This document shows, one piece after another, positions 40,707 to 50,293 of a DNA stretch of 64,000 nucleotides. Numbering within the stretch: the stretch's first letter is position 1; every line of letters starts with the position of its first letter. The translations under genes and the position numbers were made by a program. Below the pieces are notes generated by a model that saw only the letters and a program-made list of their open reading frames with translations, did no database searches and had not been told where the DNA came from. Source of the DNA: Flavobacteriaceae bacterium (GTDB lineage Bacteria > Bacteroidota > Bacteroidia > Flavobacteriales > Flavobacteriaceae); NCBI GenBank assembly GCA_049623905.1, contig JBMZTS010000001.1:8068-72067 (forward strand), in the 5' to 3' direction.

Positions 40707-41231
40707 CTATTCGTTGAGTTGATATTTTTTTACCATCAATTCTAATAGGGGAGTCAAAGCAAAGTCGTCTATTGTCAGGGCTTTGTAAAACAGGCCTTCT
40801 AGACTGTTGAGCAACAAGGTTGCCTCTATCTTGGCTTGTGCGAATTTTAGATCTTTGAAGGCTTTGGTCGTACTCTCTAGAAAGCTGTCCGAAAAACTAA
40901 TCACCTCCTTTTGGGACTGAAACTTCATTTGAAAAACAAGGCGCCAAAACGGGCCATCCTCCTGTCGCAATCTTTGAAGGTTCATGATGGTCGTTTTTAA
41001 CGCTTTTTTTGGACTTTCTATTGCCCGAATTTCTTCTAAAAGGGCTTCATTTTTTTCTTTCCCAAAATTGACAATGGCCGCTACGAGTCCCTTTTTATGT
41101 CTAAAATGACGAAAAATTAACCCTTCCGATACTTTGGCATGTTCAGCTATTTGTCGCGTAGAAGTTCCTGCAATGCCCTGCTGTGCAAAAAGCGTTAAGG
41201 CCGACTTTAAGATGGCGTGTTTTTTTATCAT
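40707..41231 (-). CDS. TetR/AcrR family regulator
   Basis: HTH motif STRQIAEHAKVSEGLIFRHF. Start taken at MIKKH. Confidence 0.9.
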   Translation of the reverse strand: MIKKHAILKSALTLFAQQGIAGTSTRQIAEHAKVSEGLIFRHFRHKKGLVAAIVNFGKEKNEALLEEIRAIESPKKALKTTIMNLQRLRQEDGPFWRLVFQMKFQSQKEVISFSDSFLESTTKAFKDLKFAQAKIEATLLLNSLEGLFYKALTIDDFALTPLLELMVKKYQLNE

Positions 41232-41233
41232 AA

Positions 41234-41256
41234 GTAAGTAATCACTTACAAATGTA
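41234..41256 (-). promoter_or_regulatory. TetR promoter (TACATTTG) with adjacent inverted-repeat operator
   Basis: GTAAGT-aatc-ACTTAC at 41234-41249, between the -7 box (41249-41256) and the ATG. Confidence 0.65.
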
Positions 41257-41273
41257 AGGATTTGTTTTCGAAT

Positions 41274-41303
41274 AAAAAAAATCGGCACACGGCCGATTTT
41301 TTT
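41274..41303 (-). terminator. Intrinsic terminator ending the catabolic operon
   Basis: AAAAAAATCGGC-acacg-GCCGATTTTTTT. Confidence 0.85.
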
Positions 41304-41319
41304 AGTTTAATGCACTGAT

Positions 41320-42441
41320 TTAATAGCTCTGCAAACGAGCGAGGCGATCTAAATGGTAGTTGTAGTCGCCAAATAATTGCTGTATGACCCTTGCTCGCTT
41401 AAAGTAAAAACCAATATTTACATCATCAGTCACACCAATTCCGCCATGCATCTGCATGGCTTCGTTGGTTACCAATTTTAAGGTTTTCCCAAGTTTGGCC
41501 TTGGCTAAGCTCGCCAGTTGATCTAGCTCTTTAGACTGTTGGTCTAAGCCTTGCAATGCCTTGATAACAATGCTTTTACACAATTCAATCTCACAAAACA
41601 TTTGTGCCGCACGATGTTGAAGAGCTTGATAGGTACCAATACGTTTCCCAAATTGTTGGCGCTCTTGAAGATATGAGATGGTTTGATTAAAAGCGGCCAT
41701 AGTCATACCGAGCATCTCGGAAGACAAACAGATAGCCGCCGTATTGTTGATCTGATCTAATAGTTCTTCGCCTTTGCCAATAGCATTGATTTGATCCTCT
41801 TTACTGAACTGTACATTTTCTATGTGAATGTTGGCATAGGTTGCGGCATCTAACATAACATCAGAACCTAGGTTTAGTCCCTCGGCATTGGCGTCTACTA
41901 TAAATAAGCCAATCTCATTTTCTGTAGTCTTGGCCACAACGATAAACGCATCCGCCCCTACACCATCAATAATCATTTTCTTTTGACCATTTAAAATGTA
42001 ATTAGGACCATTTACTTCTACAATTGTTTCGATCTGTGTTGGATCAAAGTATGTTTTTTCATTCAATGCGAAGGCCAAACGTTTTTTACCATTCATGATT
42101 TCTGGTAACCACTTGGTTTTTATCGTTTCGTTAGGTGAGTTTATTAAGGCAGTCCCACCCAATACGATTGATGAAAACAATGGCGCTTTTGTAAGGTTTT
42201 TTCCCATTTCTTCTAAAACTTGACCAAGACCAACAAAACCGAAATCTAATCCGTTATAGGCCTCAGGAATGGTTAGAGCGGTCCAACCCATTTCTACGAT
42301 TTCCTGCCATAGTTCTTCATCAAAGGCTTGGTAGTTATTATCGCGTAGGGTTCTGAACTGCTCAACAGTTGCGTTTAAGGCTAAAAATTCACGTGCAGAA
42401 TCTTTGAGCATTTTTTGTTCCTCGTTTATTATCAGTGCCAT
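41320..42441 (-). CDS. Acyl-CoA dehydrogenase, short partner subunit (PimD-like)
   Basis: RQQFGKRIGTYQALQH, QMHGGIG. Confidence 0.88.
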   Translation of the reverse strand: MALIINEEQKMLKDSAREFLALNATVEQFRTLRDNNYQAFDEELWQEIVEMGWTALTIPEAYNGLDFGFVGLGQVLEEMGKNLTKAPLFSSIVLGGTALINSPNETIKTKWLPEIMNGKKRLAFALNEKTYFDPTQIETIVEVNGPNYILNGQKKMIIDGVGADAFIVVAKTTENEIGLFIVDANAEGLNLGSDVMLDAATYANIHIENVQFSKEDQINAIGKGEELLDQINNTAAICLSSEMLGMTMAAFNQTISYLQERQQFGKRIGTYQALQHRAAQMFCEIELCKSIVIKALQGLDQQSKELDQLASLAKAKLGKTLKLVTNEAMQMHGGIGVTDDVNIGFYFKRARVIQQLFGDYNYHLDRLARLQSY

Positions 42442-42451
42442 AAATTGTGAT

Positions 42452-43645
42452 TTAGCTGGGGAGGTTTAAAATTCGTTTTGCAATAATACCAAGTTGGATT
42501 TCGGAAGTACCCCCTTCAATGGTATTGCCCTTTGATCTGCAGAAGAGGCGGGATTGTATTTTAGCTTCTTCATCTTGGCTTTCCCAAATCAACCCATCGC
42601 TACCTGTGATGGCTGTTAGGAGTTCCATACGGGATACATTTTGTTCGGTTCCATAGTATTTAAAAAAAGAAGATAAAGCCCCTGCGTTAACCCCAGTTTT
42701 AGCTTCATCCATGATCCGTTGAATTGTCATTTCAAAGATGCGATCATTCATATTTTGAACAGCAATTTCTGACCGTAAAACGCCATCATCGATTTTTCCA
42801 TCGCGAAGGCGTAGATGTTCTTTTGCGATGTCTTGCAATGCGTGTCGAACATCGGTCTCACCAACACCACCTATCATTTGACGTTCGTGAGTCAAGAGAT
42901 ATTTAGCGATGCTCCAGCCCGCATTGAGTTCTCCAACTAAGTTCTCTTTGGGGACTTTAACATTGTCAAAAAAGGTTTCGCAAAAAGGAGATTTCCCACT
43001 AATTAATTTGATGGGGCGAGTGCTCACCCCCTCAGAGGCCATGTCGATGAGTAAAAAGCTAATGCCATTGTGCTTTGGGGCTTCAAAATCGGTTCTCACT
43101 AAGCAAAAGATCCAATCGGCCTTGTTGGCATAGGAGGTCCAAACCTTGGAACCGTTGATAAGGTAATGATCGCCTTTGTCTTCGGCTTTGGTCTGAAGAC
43201 CAGCTAAATCACTGCCGGCATTTGGTTCACTATAACCTTGACACCACCATGTTTTACCGGCCGTTATGTCGGGTAAGAACCGCATTTTTTGTTCTTCGCT
43301 GGCAAATTTGTGCAGTGCAGGCCCTAGCATTGAAATACCGAAACTAAAAATGGGTTTGCGACAGCCTAAACGGGTCATTTCTTGGGTGAGAATGATATTT
43401 TCTTCACGCGTCAAACCACCGCCACCATATTTATTTGCCCAATAGGGAACAATCCATTTTTTCTGATGCATTCGTTCAAACCAGATTTTTTGATCTTCAC
43501 TTTCAAATTTTGAATGGCGTCCTCCCCAGAAAAAATCACTTGTGTCTTTTACGGGTTGTCGCATGCTCATTGGACAATTTTCTTCCAACCATTTCCTTGT
43601 TTCTAATCTGAACGCTTCCAGATCAGTGTTATTTAACGTTTCCAT
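42452..43645 (-). CDS. Acyl-CoA dehydrogenase (PimC/FadE17-like)
   Basis: WCQGYSEPNAGSDLA, NTIEGGTSEIQ. Confidence 0.9.
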   Translation of the reverse strand: METLNNTDLEAFRLETRKWLEENCPMSMRQPVKDTSDFFWGGRHSKFESEDQKIWFERMHQKKWIVPYWANKYGGGGLTREENIILTQEMTRLGCRKPIFSFGISMLGPALHKFASEEQKMRFLPDITAGKTWWCQGYSEPNAGSDLAGLQTKAEDKGDHYLINGSKVWTSYANKADWIFCLVRTDFEAPKHNGISFLLIDMASEGVSTRPIKLISGKSPFCETFFDNVKVPKENLVGELNAGWSIAKYLLTHERQMIGGVGETDVRHALQDIAKEHLRLRDGKIDDGVLRSEIAVQNMNDRIFEMTIQRIMDEAKTGVNAGALSSFFKYYGTEQNVSRMELLTAITGSDGLIWESQDEEAKIQSRLFCRSKGNTIEGGTSEIQLGIIAKRILNLPS

Positions 43646-43660
43646 AGGTTCTACATTTGT

Positions 43661-44740
43661 TTAAAATAAATGATCTATTTTCTTTTTTTGAATAGCTTGT
43701 TGGGCCACTAAGCCATAAAGTGATACGATTTTATCGAGGTCTTTAAAGCGCGGGTCTTGCGTAAAGCCTTTGCTGTAGCGATAATATATTTGTTGAACAA
43801 TGACCGCAATTTTAAACACCCCAAACACAAAGTAAAAGACAATATTGTCAATGGGTTGTCCGCTTTTTTTGGCATACATTTCCACCAGTTCTCCCCGGCT
43901 AGGATTCCCCACTTGCGTTGTTAGGTTTAATTGATTTTGCACAACAAAATCCGGATCGCTGTGATGCATCCAATACCCGAGCGTTGTTCCTAAATCCATT
44001 AAGGGATCCCCGAGGGTCGCCATTTCCCAATCGAGCACAGCCTTGACATTGAGCTCTTCATCAGGGGTCAAAACCAGATTATCGTATTTAAAATCGTTGT
44101 GAATGAGACTCGCTCCGCTGTGTTTGGGCCAATTGTTATTTAACCATTGCGCCGTCTTATCCATTTCAGCATGCATATGGGTTTTCGCTTTTTCATAGCG
44201 TTTACTCCAGCCAATAACTTGGCGCTCTACATACCCTACAGGGTTGCCTAAATCGCCTAATCCGATCTTCTTATAATCGAGTTGGTGTAGTTCTACTAAG
44301 GTATCCACCAAATTATTTGATAGGGATAAAAATTGAACTGCAGAAGGCATTTGCTCTTGCGGAGTCGAGGCACGAAGAATAGTTCCTTCAACGCGTTCCA
44401 TTAAATAAAATGGTGCTTCTAAAATGGCCAAGTCCTCACTAAATAATACAGGTATGGGTGCCTTGTCGTAATGCCCTTTAAGAGCCGATAAAATCTTGAA
44501 TTCACGCGACATATCATGCCCCGATTTGATGTTAGCTCCAAATGGCGGGCGCCGTAAAACATAGTCTTTATTACCAAAGTGAATCAAATAGGTTAAGTTT
44601 GAAAACCCTGAGGGATACTGTTGAACGGTTAGTGCTTGACTATTAACCTTCAATTGTTCAGATAAATAGAGCGCAAGCGCTTGCTCGTTTAGCCCTTCTC
44701 CTGGGCGAATATTTTTGGCTTTATCGAGTTCTACTCCCAT
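43661..44740 (-). CDS. APH-family phosphotransferase, ACAD10/11 N-terminal (LvaA-like) type
   Basis: GFSNLTY, VLRRPP, HDMSRE, HNDFKYDNL, LDWEMATLGDPLMDL. Confidence 0.88.
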   Translation of the reverse strand: MGVELDKAKNIRPGEGLNEQALALYLSEQLKVNSQALTVQQYPSGFSNLTYLIHFGNKDYVLRRPPFGANIKSGHDMSREFKILSALKGHYDKAPIPVLFSEDLAILEAPFYLMERVEGTILRASTPQEQMPSAVQFLSLSNNLVDTLVELHQLDYKKIGLGDLGNPVGYVERQVIGWSKRYEKAKTHMHAEMDKTAQWLNNNWPKHSGASLIHNDFKYDNLVLTPDEELNVKAVLDWEMATLGDPLMDLGTTLGYWMHHSDPDFVVQNQLNLTTQVGNPSRGELVEMYAKKSGQPIDNIVFYFVFGVFKIAVIVQQIYYRYSKGFTQDPRFKDLDKIVSLYGLVAQQAIQKKKIDHLF

Positions 44741-44887
44741 TTATTCAGTTTTAAATACACCTGTAAAAATCACCATCTTGAGCGACGATTCCAGTTGTGT
44801 TTTCTGGACTTATTTTTTTGAAATTTTGCTGCATACAGATTCTCACATCATGCGAAATCAGGGCATTTCCGCTTATATCGTTTATTT

Positions 44888-46069
44888 TTAGGCGCGTTTG
44901 TATTTTTTTAGAATCGCGCGAGCCAATCGGCTTTTGTGAACTTCATCGGCACCATCGTAGATTCTTGCGGCTCTTTCGTGACGAAAATAAAAAGATAAAA
45001 TAGTGTCATCAGTCACTCCCAAAGCACCATGAACTTGAATGGCACAATCGACTACTTTTTGCATGACATTGGCACAATAGAATTTAATGATTGAAATTTC
45101 TGCTCGACATTGTGAGGCCCCAACAGTATCTATCTTGTGGGCAGCATCTTGAATCATCAGTCGTGCTGCATTCATTTCAGCGCGACATTCGGCAATCCAA
45201 TTTTGAATGGTTTGTTTATCGGCTAGGGTTTCTCCCGGGGCAATTTCTCGACCGATGGCACGTTGGCACATAAGGTCAAACGAGCGCTCACATATGCCCA
45301 TCCAGCGCATACAGTGATGTATTCGGCCAGGGCCTAAACGCATTTGTGCAATGGCAAACCCGGCACCATCTTCCCCGAGGACATTGGTTAGTGGAACACG
45401 GCAATTATTGAATTTAATTTCCGCATGGCTTTCCCAGCCACCACCAGGATGCCCCATTATTGATACGTTACGAACAAATTCAAAGCCAGGTGTATCGAGT
45501 GGAACGATAATTTGACTGGCACGAGAATGGCGATTATCGCCCTCGGGATCCGTGACTAACATTGCGATGGCAAAGCTCGCCCCGTCACAACTGGAGGTAA
45601 ACCATTTGTGTCCGTTAATTACATACTCATCGCCTTCTTTCAGGGCTGTAGAGCTCATTTTGACAGGATTTGACCCCGCATTATTGGGCTCTGTCATCGC
45701 AAAGCAACTTCGTATTTCTCCTTTGAGAAGCGGATAGAGGTATTTTTCTTTTTGTTCTTCAGTCCCAAATTCTATTAAGATTTCCATATTCCCTGCATCG
45801 GGCGCTTGGCAATTGAAACAATAGTGTCCATAGGGGCTGGCCCCTAAAATCTCTGACACTTCGCCGTGTTCAGCGTTGCTTAGGCCTAAACCACCGTAGG
45901 CTTTGGGGATTTGTGGCAGCCACAGTCCACGTCTTTTAACCTCTTCTCTAAGCTCATTTAGTTTAGGTAATTTTTCTTCCCATTCGCAATTTAAAATCCA
46001 TGGTTCAAGGGTAAATAATTCTTCTTTAACAAAGCTTCTTATCTGTTTTTTTATTTCTTCAAAATTCAT
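44888..46069 (-). CDS. Acyl-CoA dehydrogenase, ACAD10/11 (LvaC-like) type
   Basis: FNCQAPDAGNME, AQMRLGPGRIHHCMR, RIYDGADEVH. Confidence 0.9.
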   Translation of the reverse strand: MNFEEIKKQIRSFVKEELFTLEPWILNCEWEEKLPKLNELREEVKRRGLWLPQIPKAYGGLGLSNAEHGEVSEILGASPYGHYCFNCQAPDAGNMEILIEFGTEEQKEKYLYPLLKGEIRSCFAMTEPNNAGSNPVKMSSTALKEGDEYVINGHKWFTSSCDGASFAIAMLVTDPEGDNRHSRASQIIVPLDTPGFEFVRNVSIMGHPGGGWESHAEIKFNNCRVPLTNVLGEDGAGFAIAQMRLGPGRIHHCMRWMGICERSFDLMCQRAIGREIAPGETLADKQTIQNWIAECRAEMNAARLMIQDAAHKIDTVGASQCRAEISIIKFYCANVMQKVVDCAIQVHGALGVTDDTILSFYFRHERAARIYDGADEVHKSRLARAILKKYKRA

Positions 46070-46102
46070 CTTTTGATTGGCTTAATTTAATTTTGCTAAG
46101 TA

Positions 46103-46594
46103 TTATTCTGGTGCAGTGTAGGCGATGGCTAAAAATTCGGCAACACAAGCGGGTTTCTCTTCCCCTTTTAATTCAAATACAATTTTCATTTTATATTTTG
46201 CCCCACCCGGTATTTTATCATAGGCCATAAGTGAAACCCGACCCCGTAGTGCAGAGCCAGACTTGGTCGCATTTGGAAAACGAACTTTATCTAAACCATA
46301 GTTGACTCCCATGGCAATATTATCGATTGAAAAGGCTTCATAGGTTATTTTAGAGGCCATTGAGAGAACTAAAAAGCCATGGGCAACAGTTTTTTTATAG
46401 GGCGAATGTGCCGCGCTTTTTTCTGGATCTGTATGAATCCACTGTTGGTCTTCGGTGGCATCGGCAAAAACATTGATGCGCTCTTGCTCTATAGTGATCC
46501 ACTCGGTTAAACCAAGTTCTTTGCCGACAAAATTTTCAAGTTCGGAAACAGACGATAGCTGAGTAGAGTAGGGGGTTGTGGTTGGTTCTTCCAT
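46103..46594 (-). CDS. MaoC-like (R)-enoyl-CoA hydratase
   Basis: FADATEDQQWIHTD...AHG, NYGLDKVRF. Confidence 0.88.
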   Translation of the reverse strand: MEEPTTTPYSTQLSSVSELENFVGKELGLTEWITIEQERINVFADATEDQQWIHTDPEKSAAHSPYKKTVAHGFLVLSMASKITYEAFSIDNIAMGVNYGLDKVRFPNATKSGSALRGRVSLMAYDKIPGGAKYKMKIVFELKGEEKPACVAEFLAIAYTAPE

Positions 46595-46605
46595 TGGTGT
46601 TGTTT

Positions 46606-47376
46606 TTAAGTTAACATATGTCCTCCGTCAGCGTTCATTACAGCACCAGTGGTATACGATGCTGCTTCTGAGGCCAAGTAAACCGCTAGACCTGAAAGTT
46701 CACTGGTTGCTGCTGCTCTTCTCAAAGGAAGGTGATTGTTGACCTGCTGCATCAGGGCATCATTGGACCAAAGGGCTTGGCTAAACTTTGTTTTTATTAG
46801 TCCTGGGCAAATGGCATTGGATCGGATGCCATATTTCCCCCATTCGCTAGCTTGTGATTGGGTCAACATGATTAGTGCAGATTTACTAACGCTGTAGAGA
46901 CTTAGTCCATTGCTTGGTTTCATGCCCTCTACCGAAGCGATATTGATGATGCTTCCCCCTTTTCTTTCCTTCATGGAGGGAAAGCAGAGTTTGGCAAAAT
47001 CAAAACAGGCTTTAACATTGACATCCATAACTTTATCGAAGACATCGTTTTCGATGGCTTCTATAGGTGCAAAAACAGGATTTGTTGCGGCGTTATTGAC
47101 AAGAATATCTACCCCGCCATAGATTGCAATAGTTTGATCAATCAAATTTTTACGCGCTTCTTCATGACCGACATGGCATGAAACACCAGTGGCTTCAAAG
47201 CCTCTGTCTTTTATTTCTTTGGCGACCTTGTCAACGGCTTCTTGCGAGCGACTGCTCACAACGACATGTGCGCCATATTCAGCCAAAGCTTCTGCTATAG
47301 CTTTACCTATACCTTTACTTGCCCCTGTAACCACAGCGACCTTTCCTTTTAATTCAAATAATTGTCTTGTGCTCAT
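46606..47376 (-). CDS. SDR oxidoreductase (DHRS4-like)
   Basis: TGASKGIG, VSSR, NNAATNP, YSVSK, IKTKFSQALW. Confidence 0.88.
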   Translation of the reverse strand: MSTRQLFELKGKVAVVTGASKGIGKAIAEALAEYGAHVVVSSRSQEAVDKVAKEIKDRGFEATGVSCHVGHEEARKNLIDQTIAIYGGVDILVNNAATNPVFAPIEAIENDVFDKVMDVNVKACFDFAKLCFPSMKERKGGSIINIASVEGMKPSNGLSLYSVSKSALIMLTQSQASEWGKYGIRSNAICPGLIKTKFSQALWSNDALMQQVNNHLPLRRAAATSELSGLAVYLASEAASYTTGAVMNADGGHMLT

Positions 47377-47379
47377 AGT

Positions 47380-48123
47380 CTAAGAGGGCATTGCGCCACC
47401 GTTGGCGTGAAGTGTTACTCCGTTGATAAAACCTGCTTCTTTAGAGGCCAAGAATAAATAGGTGTATCCCATATCTTCTGGTGTTCCAATGCGTCCAACG
47501 GGGATCATGGCAATTCCTGCTTTAACGACCTCTGGTGGCATTGATGCGGTCATTTCTGACTCTACAAACCCTGGTGCAACAGCATTGGCGGTGATGCCAA
47601 ATCGGCCAACTTCACGACACAGGGCACGGGTGAAACCGGCAACGCCTGCTTTTGTTGCCGAGTAATTGGTTTGACCAAATGCACCGACAAAACCGTTGAT
47701 TGATGAAGCAGAAATAATACGGCCGTAGCCTGCTTCACGCATGTGTGGTAAAACCGATTGAGTTGTCGTAAATAGAGCATTGAGATTAACGTTTATCACT
47801 GTATTCCACTCTTCTTGACTCATCTTTAGAAACGATTTATCGCGCAAAACCCCAGCGTTGTTAATTAAAATATCAATTTTATTATAGCCTGCAATGATGT
47901 CAGCTACTGCAGCATCAACCTGCTTGCGATCGGTGACATCTACTTTTTGGAAAAAAATGTTTCCGCCTTCAGCTTTGATTTTTTTGGCAGTGTCTTGGCC
48001 AGAATCACGAACGTCCCACAGCGCTACTGTAGCTCCAGCCTTACAAAAGACTTTGCATATTCCTTCTCCAATTCCTTGGGCACCTCCTGTTACGATGGCG
48101 ACTTGTCCTTCTAAACTTATCAT
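47380..48123 (-). CDS. FabG/PhaB-like 3-oxoacyl reductase
   Basis: NNAGVLRD, GQTNYSATK. Confidence 0.88.
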   Translation of the reverse strand: MISLEGQVAIVTGGAQGIGEGICKVFCKAGATVALWDVRDSGQDTAKKIKAEGGNIFFQKVDVTDRKQVDAAVADIIAGYNKIDILINNAGVLRDKSFLKMSQEEWNTVINVNLNALFTTTQSVLPHMREAGYGRIISASSINGFVGAFGQTNYSATKAGVAGFTRALCREVGRFGITANAVAPGFVESEMTASMPPEVVKAGIAMIPVGRIGTPEDMGYTYLFLASKEAGFINGVTLHANGGAMPS

Positions 48124-48241
48124 TTTATTGTGTTTTCACGATTAAAATTTGCTTGTGATTTGAGATCTACCAATATAAAGTTTGTTTTTGATTTGAACAG
48201 CATTTGACTTCAGATATATTACTCTTATTCCTTCTTCTTAT

Positions 48242-49345
48242 CTAGTTTGTTTTTCTTACTGAGAGAGTGTCATCACTGCTGAGATGGTAGATTCCAAAAT
48301 AGGGTTCTTTTAGACTTCCTAAATATAATTTATTATCGACTTTAAGGACGCTGGTGACATAGTCTATTTTTCCCTCGGGATCTTGTAAATTGTAGCGAAC
48401 GTTTCCTTTTTCATTAAACCCAAGAAGCATGGTATATCTTGAGGGAATAACCGCATTTTTTACAAATTTGGGCAACCTAAGAATAATGGAACGTAAAAAG
48501 GGATAATTGAATAGCGGTTCAATTTGAGTAGAACGTTGGCTTGGAATACCGATCCAAAAAATACCATCACTAAAGGTGATGTTGTCTGGAAAGCCTGGGA
48601 GGCTGGAGTTAAATGACTCTATGAATCCTTTTTTCGGACCTTTGATCCAATATTTAGATAAACTTAGACCAAAGGTTTCACTAAAGAGAAAGTAGGTTTC
48701 ATCTTCATTTAAAGCAATTCCATTGGGAAAAAATAAGTCGTCTTTTAGCCGAGTGGTTTTTTTGGTTGTTAAATCGTATGAAAAAAGAGCGCCAGAAGCC
48801 CTTTGTTCCCAAGCCTCGTTTTCGACTACCTCGGGGTTGCGTTGTGTGGCATTAGAAAAGAAGACCATACCATCTTTACTGATGTCTAAATCATCGACGA
48901 ATTTCAATTTTTCTCCCTCAAATTGATCCACTAAAACACTTATGGTATTCTTGTGGTCTAAAGCAATCAAACCTTTGATTTGGTCGGCAATAATCAATTC
49001 TCCAGAGGGAGCAAATTTCATTCCTAAGGGCCGACCACCTGTATTGGCAATCACTTGTTGTTGGTTCCCTGTGGCATTAAATCTTAAAATATCACCATTG
49101 GAAAGCCCTGTATAGAAATTACCTAAGCTGTCGGCCACGATAGATTCTGGACCAACATCTTTGAGGGAAACTAATTGTGTTTTTTTGAGTTTAGAATTTA
49201 CAGCATAGACCCCTTGAAGTCCAGGAAATGGCGGTGCTTTTCGTGCTATAGGCTCTAGGTCAATAGGATAAAACAGAAGGTAGGCTAAAACGAGCGTTAG
49301 CAGCAGAAGAGGTTTGTTTTTCATGAGATTATTTTTTTTGTGCAA
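48242..49345 (-). CDS. Strictosidine-synthase-like (APMAP/lactonase) six-bladed propeller with N-terminal anchor
   Basis: GPES, GRPLG, DDLD, FPNG and LPGFPDNI motifs. Confidence 0.85.
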   Translation of the reverse strand: MHKKNNLMKNKPLLLLTLVLAYLLFYPIDLEPIARKAPPFPGLQGVYAVNSKLKKTQLVSLKDVGPESIVADSLGNFYTGLSNGDILRFNATGNQQQVIANTGGRPLGMKFAPSGELIIADQIKGLIALDHKNTISVLVDQFEGEKLKFVDDLDISKDGMVFFSNATQRNPEVVENEAWEQRASGALFSYDLTTKKTTRLKDDLFFPNGIALNEDETYFLFSETFGLSLSKYWIKGPKKGFIESFNSSLPGFPDNITFSDGIFWIGIPSQRSTQIEPLFNYPFLRSIILRLPKFVKNAVIPSRYTMLLGFNEKGNVRYNLQDPEGKIDYVTSVLKVDNKLYLGSLKEPYFGIYHLSSDDTLSVRKTN

Positions 49346-49405
49346 TTAAAAAATCGACTTTGTCGAATTAAATTATAGAGCGATAATTGACTTGTTGCGC
49401 TATCG

Positions 49406-50218
49406 TCATTTTTGGTCTAATAGAGTCATTAAGGTTTTATACAATTCCATGCGATCTCCCGATAAATGTTCAAGACCATCTACTGGAAGGCTAATGCCAC
49501 TAATAAAGCTCGCCATGGGACTAGCTAAAAACATTACTGCATTGGCTACATCTTCAGCTTTACCAAAACGTTGCATTAAGCTTTTTTGTTTACTTTGGTG
49601 AAGATAGTCTTGCATGATTTTGGGATAATTTTCTAGGCCCGAAGTCGCAATAGTTCCGGGAGCAACTGCATTAACTCTAATGCCATAGCTGGCCCATTCT
49701 TGTCCCAATGTTTTGGTGAGGTTTTCAACTCCTGCACGCGCGGCTCCTGTATGTGCCATTCCAGGAAAGCCCCGTAAGACATTGGCCGTTATGTTAACAA
49801 TATTGCCTTTGTTTTGCGGAATAAAAAAAGTATTGGCCATTTTTTGACTCATGTAAAAAGTACCATTGAGATTATTGTTGATGACCGTCGCCCAGCCCTT
49901 TTCTGAAATAATTTGTGCAGGTGCTGGAAATTGACCACCAGCATTGTTGACCAATATGTCCAATCGCCCCGATTTAGTTTTAATTTCTGAAGCTAAAGCC
50001 TCTATTTCGTCGGTTTTTCTAATATCGCAAACAAAAGCGTGACAATTTCCTTGTTTAGACAATCGTTTCGCCGCATCGAATAAAAGTTTTTCTTTTCGAG
50101 AAGCGATATAGACCGTTGCGCCATAATGTAGGAATGAGGATGCAATTTCATATCCGATTCCACTTCGGCCTCCGGTTACAAGTACTGTTTTACCAGAAAA
50201 TAGATTTTTAGCATACAT
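49406..50218 (-). CDS. SDR, PECR/AtuB-like
   Basis: NNAGGQF, GMAHTGAARAGV (non-canonical active site). Confidence 0.85.
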   Translation of the reverse strand: MYAKNLFSGKTVLVTGGRSGIGYEIASSFLHYGATVYIASRKEKLLFDAAKRLSKQGNCHAFVCDIRKTDEIEALASEIKTKSGRLDILVNNAGGQFPAPAQIISEKGWATVINNNLNGTFYMSQKMANTFFIPQNKGNIVNITANVLRGFPGMAHTGAARAGVENLTKTLGQEWASYGIRVNAVAPGTIATSGLENYPKIMQDYLHQSKQKSLMQRFGKAEDVANAVMFLASPMASFISGISLPVDGLEHLSGDRMELYKTLMTLLDQK

Positions 50219-50293
50219 GGTATTTTAATTAAGAGAGTTCTTTTGAAAAATTAAAGAGAAATAAATTAGATGGGTGACAAATTTTGTGCAGGG

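Noticed and set aside
43661-44740. Aminoglycoside resistance kinase
   Set aside because: Motifs and context indicate the ACAD10/11-associated metabolic subfamily.
48192-48208. PsrA-like palindrome upstream of the fabG-like gene
   Set aside because: Too degenerate in AT-rich DNA and not repeated.
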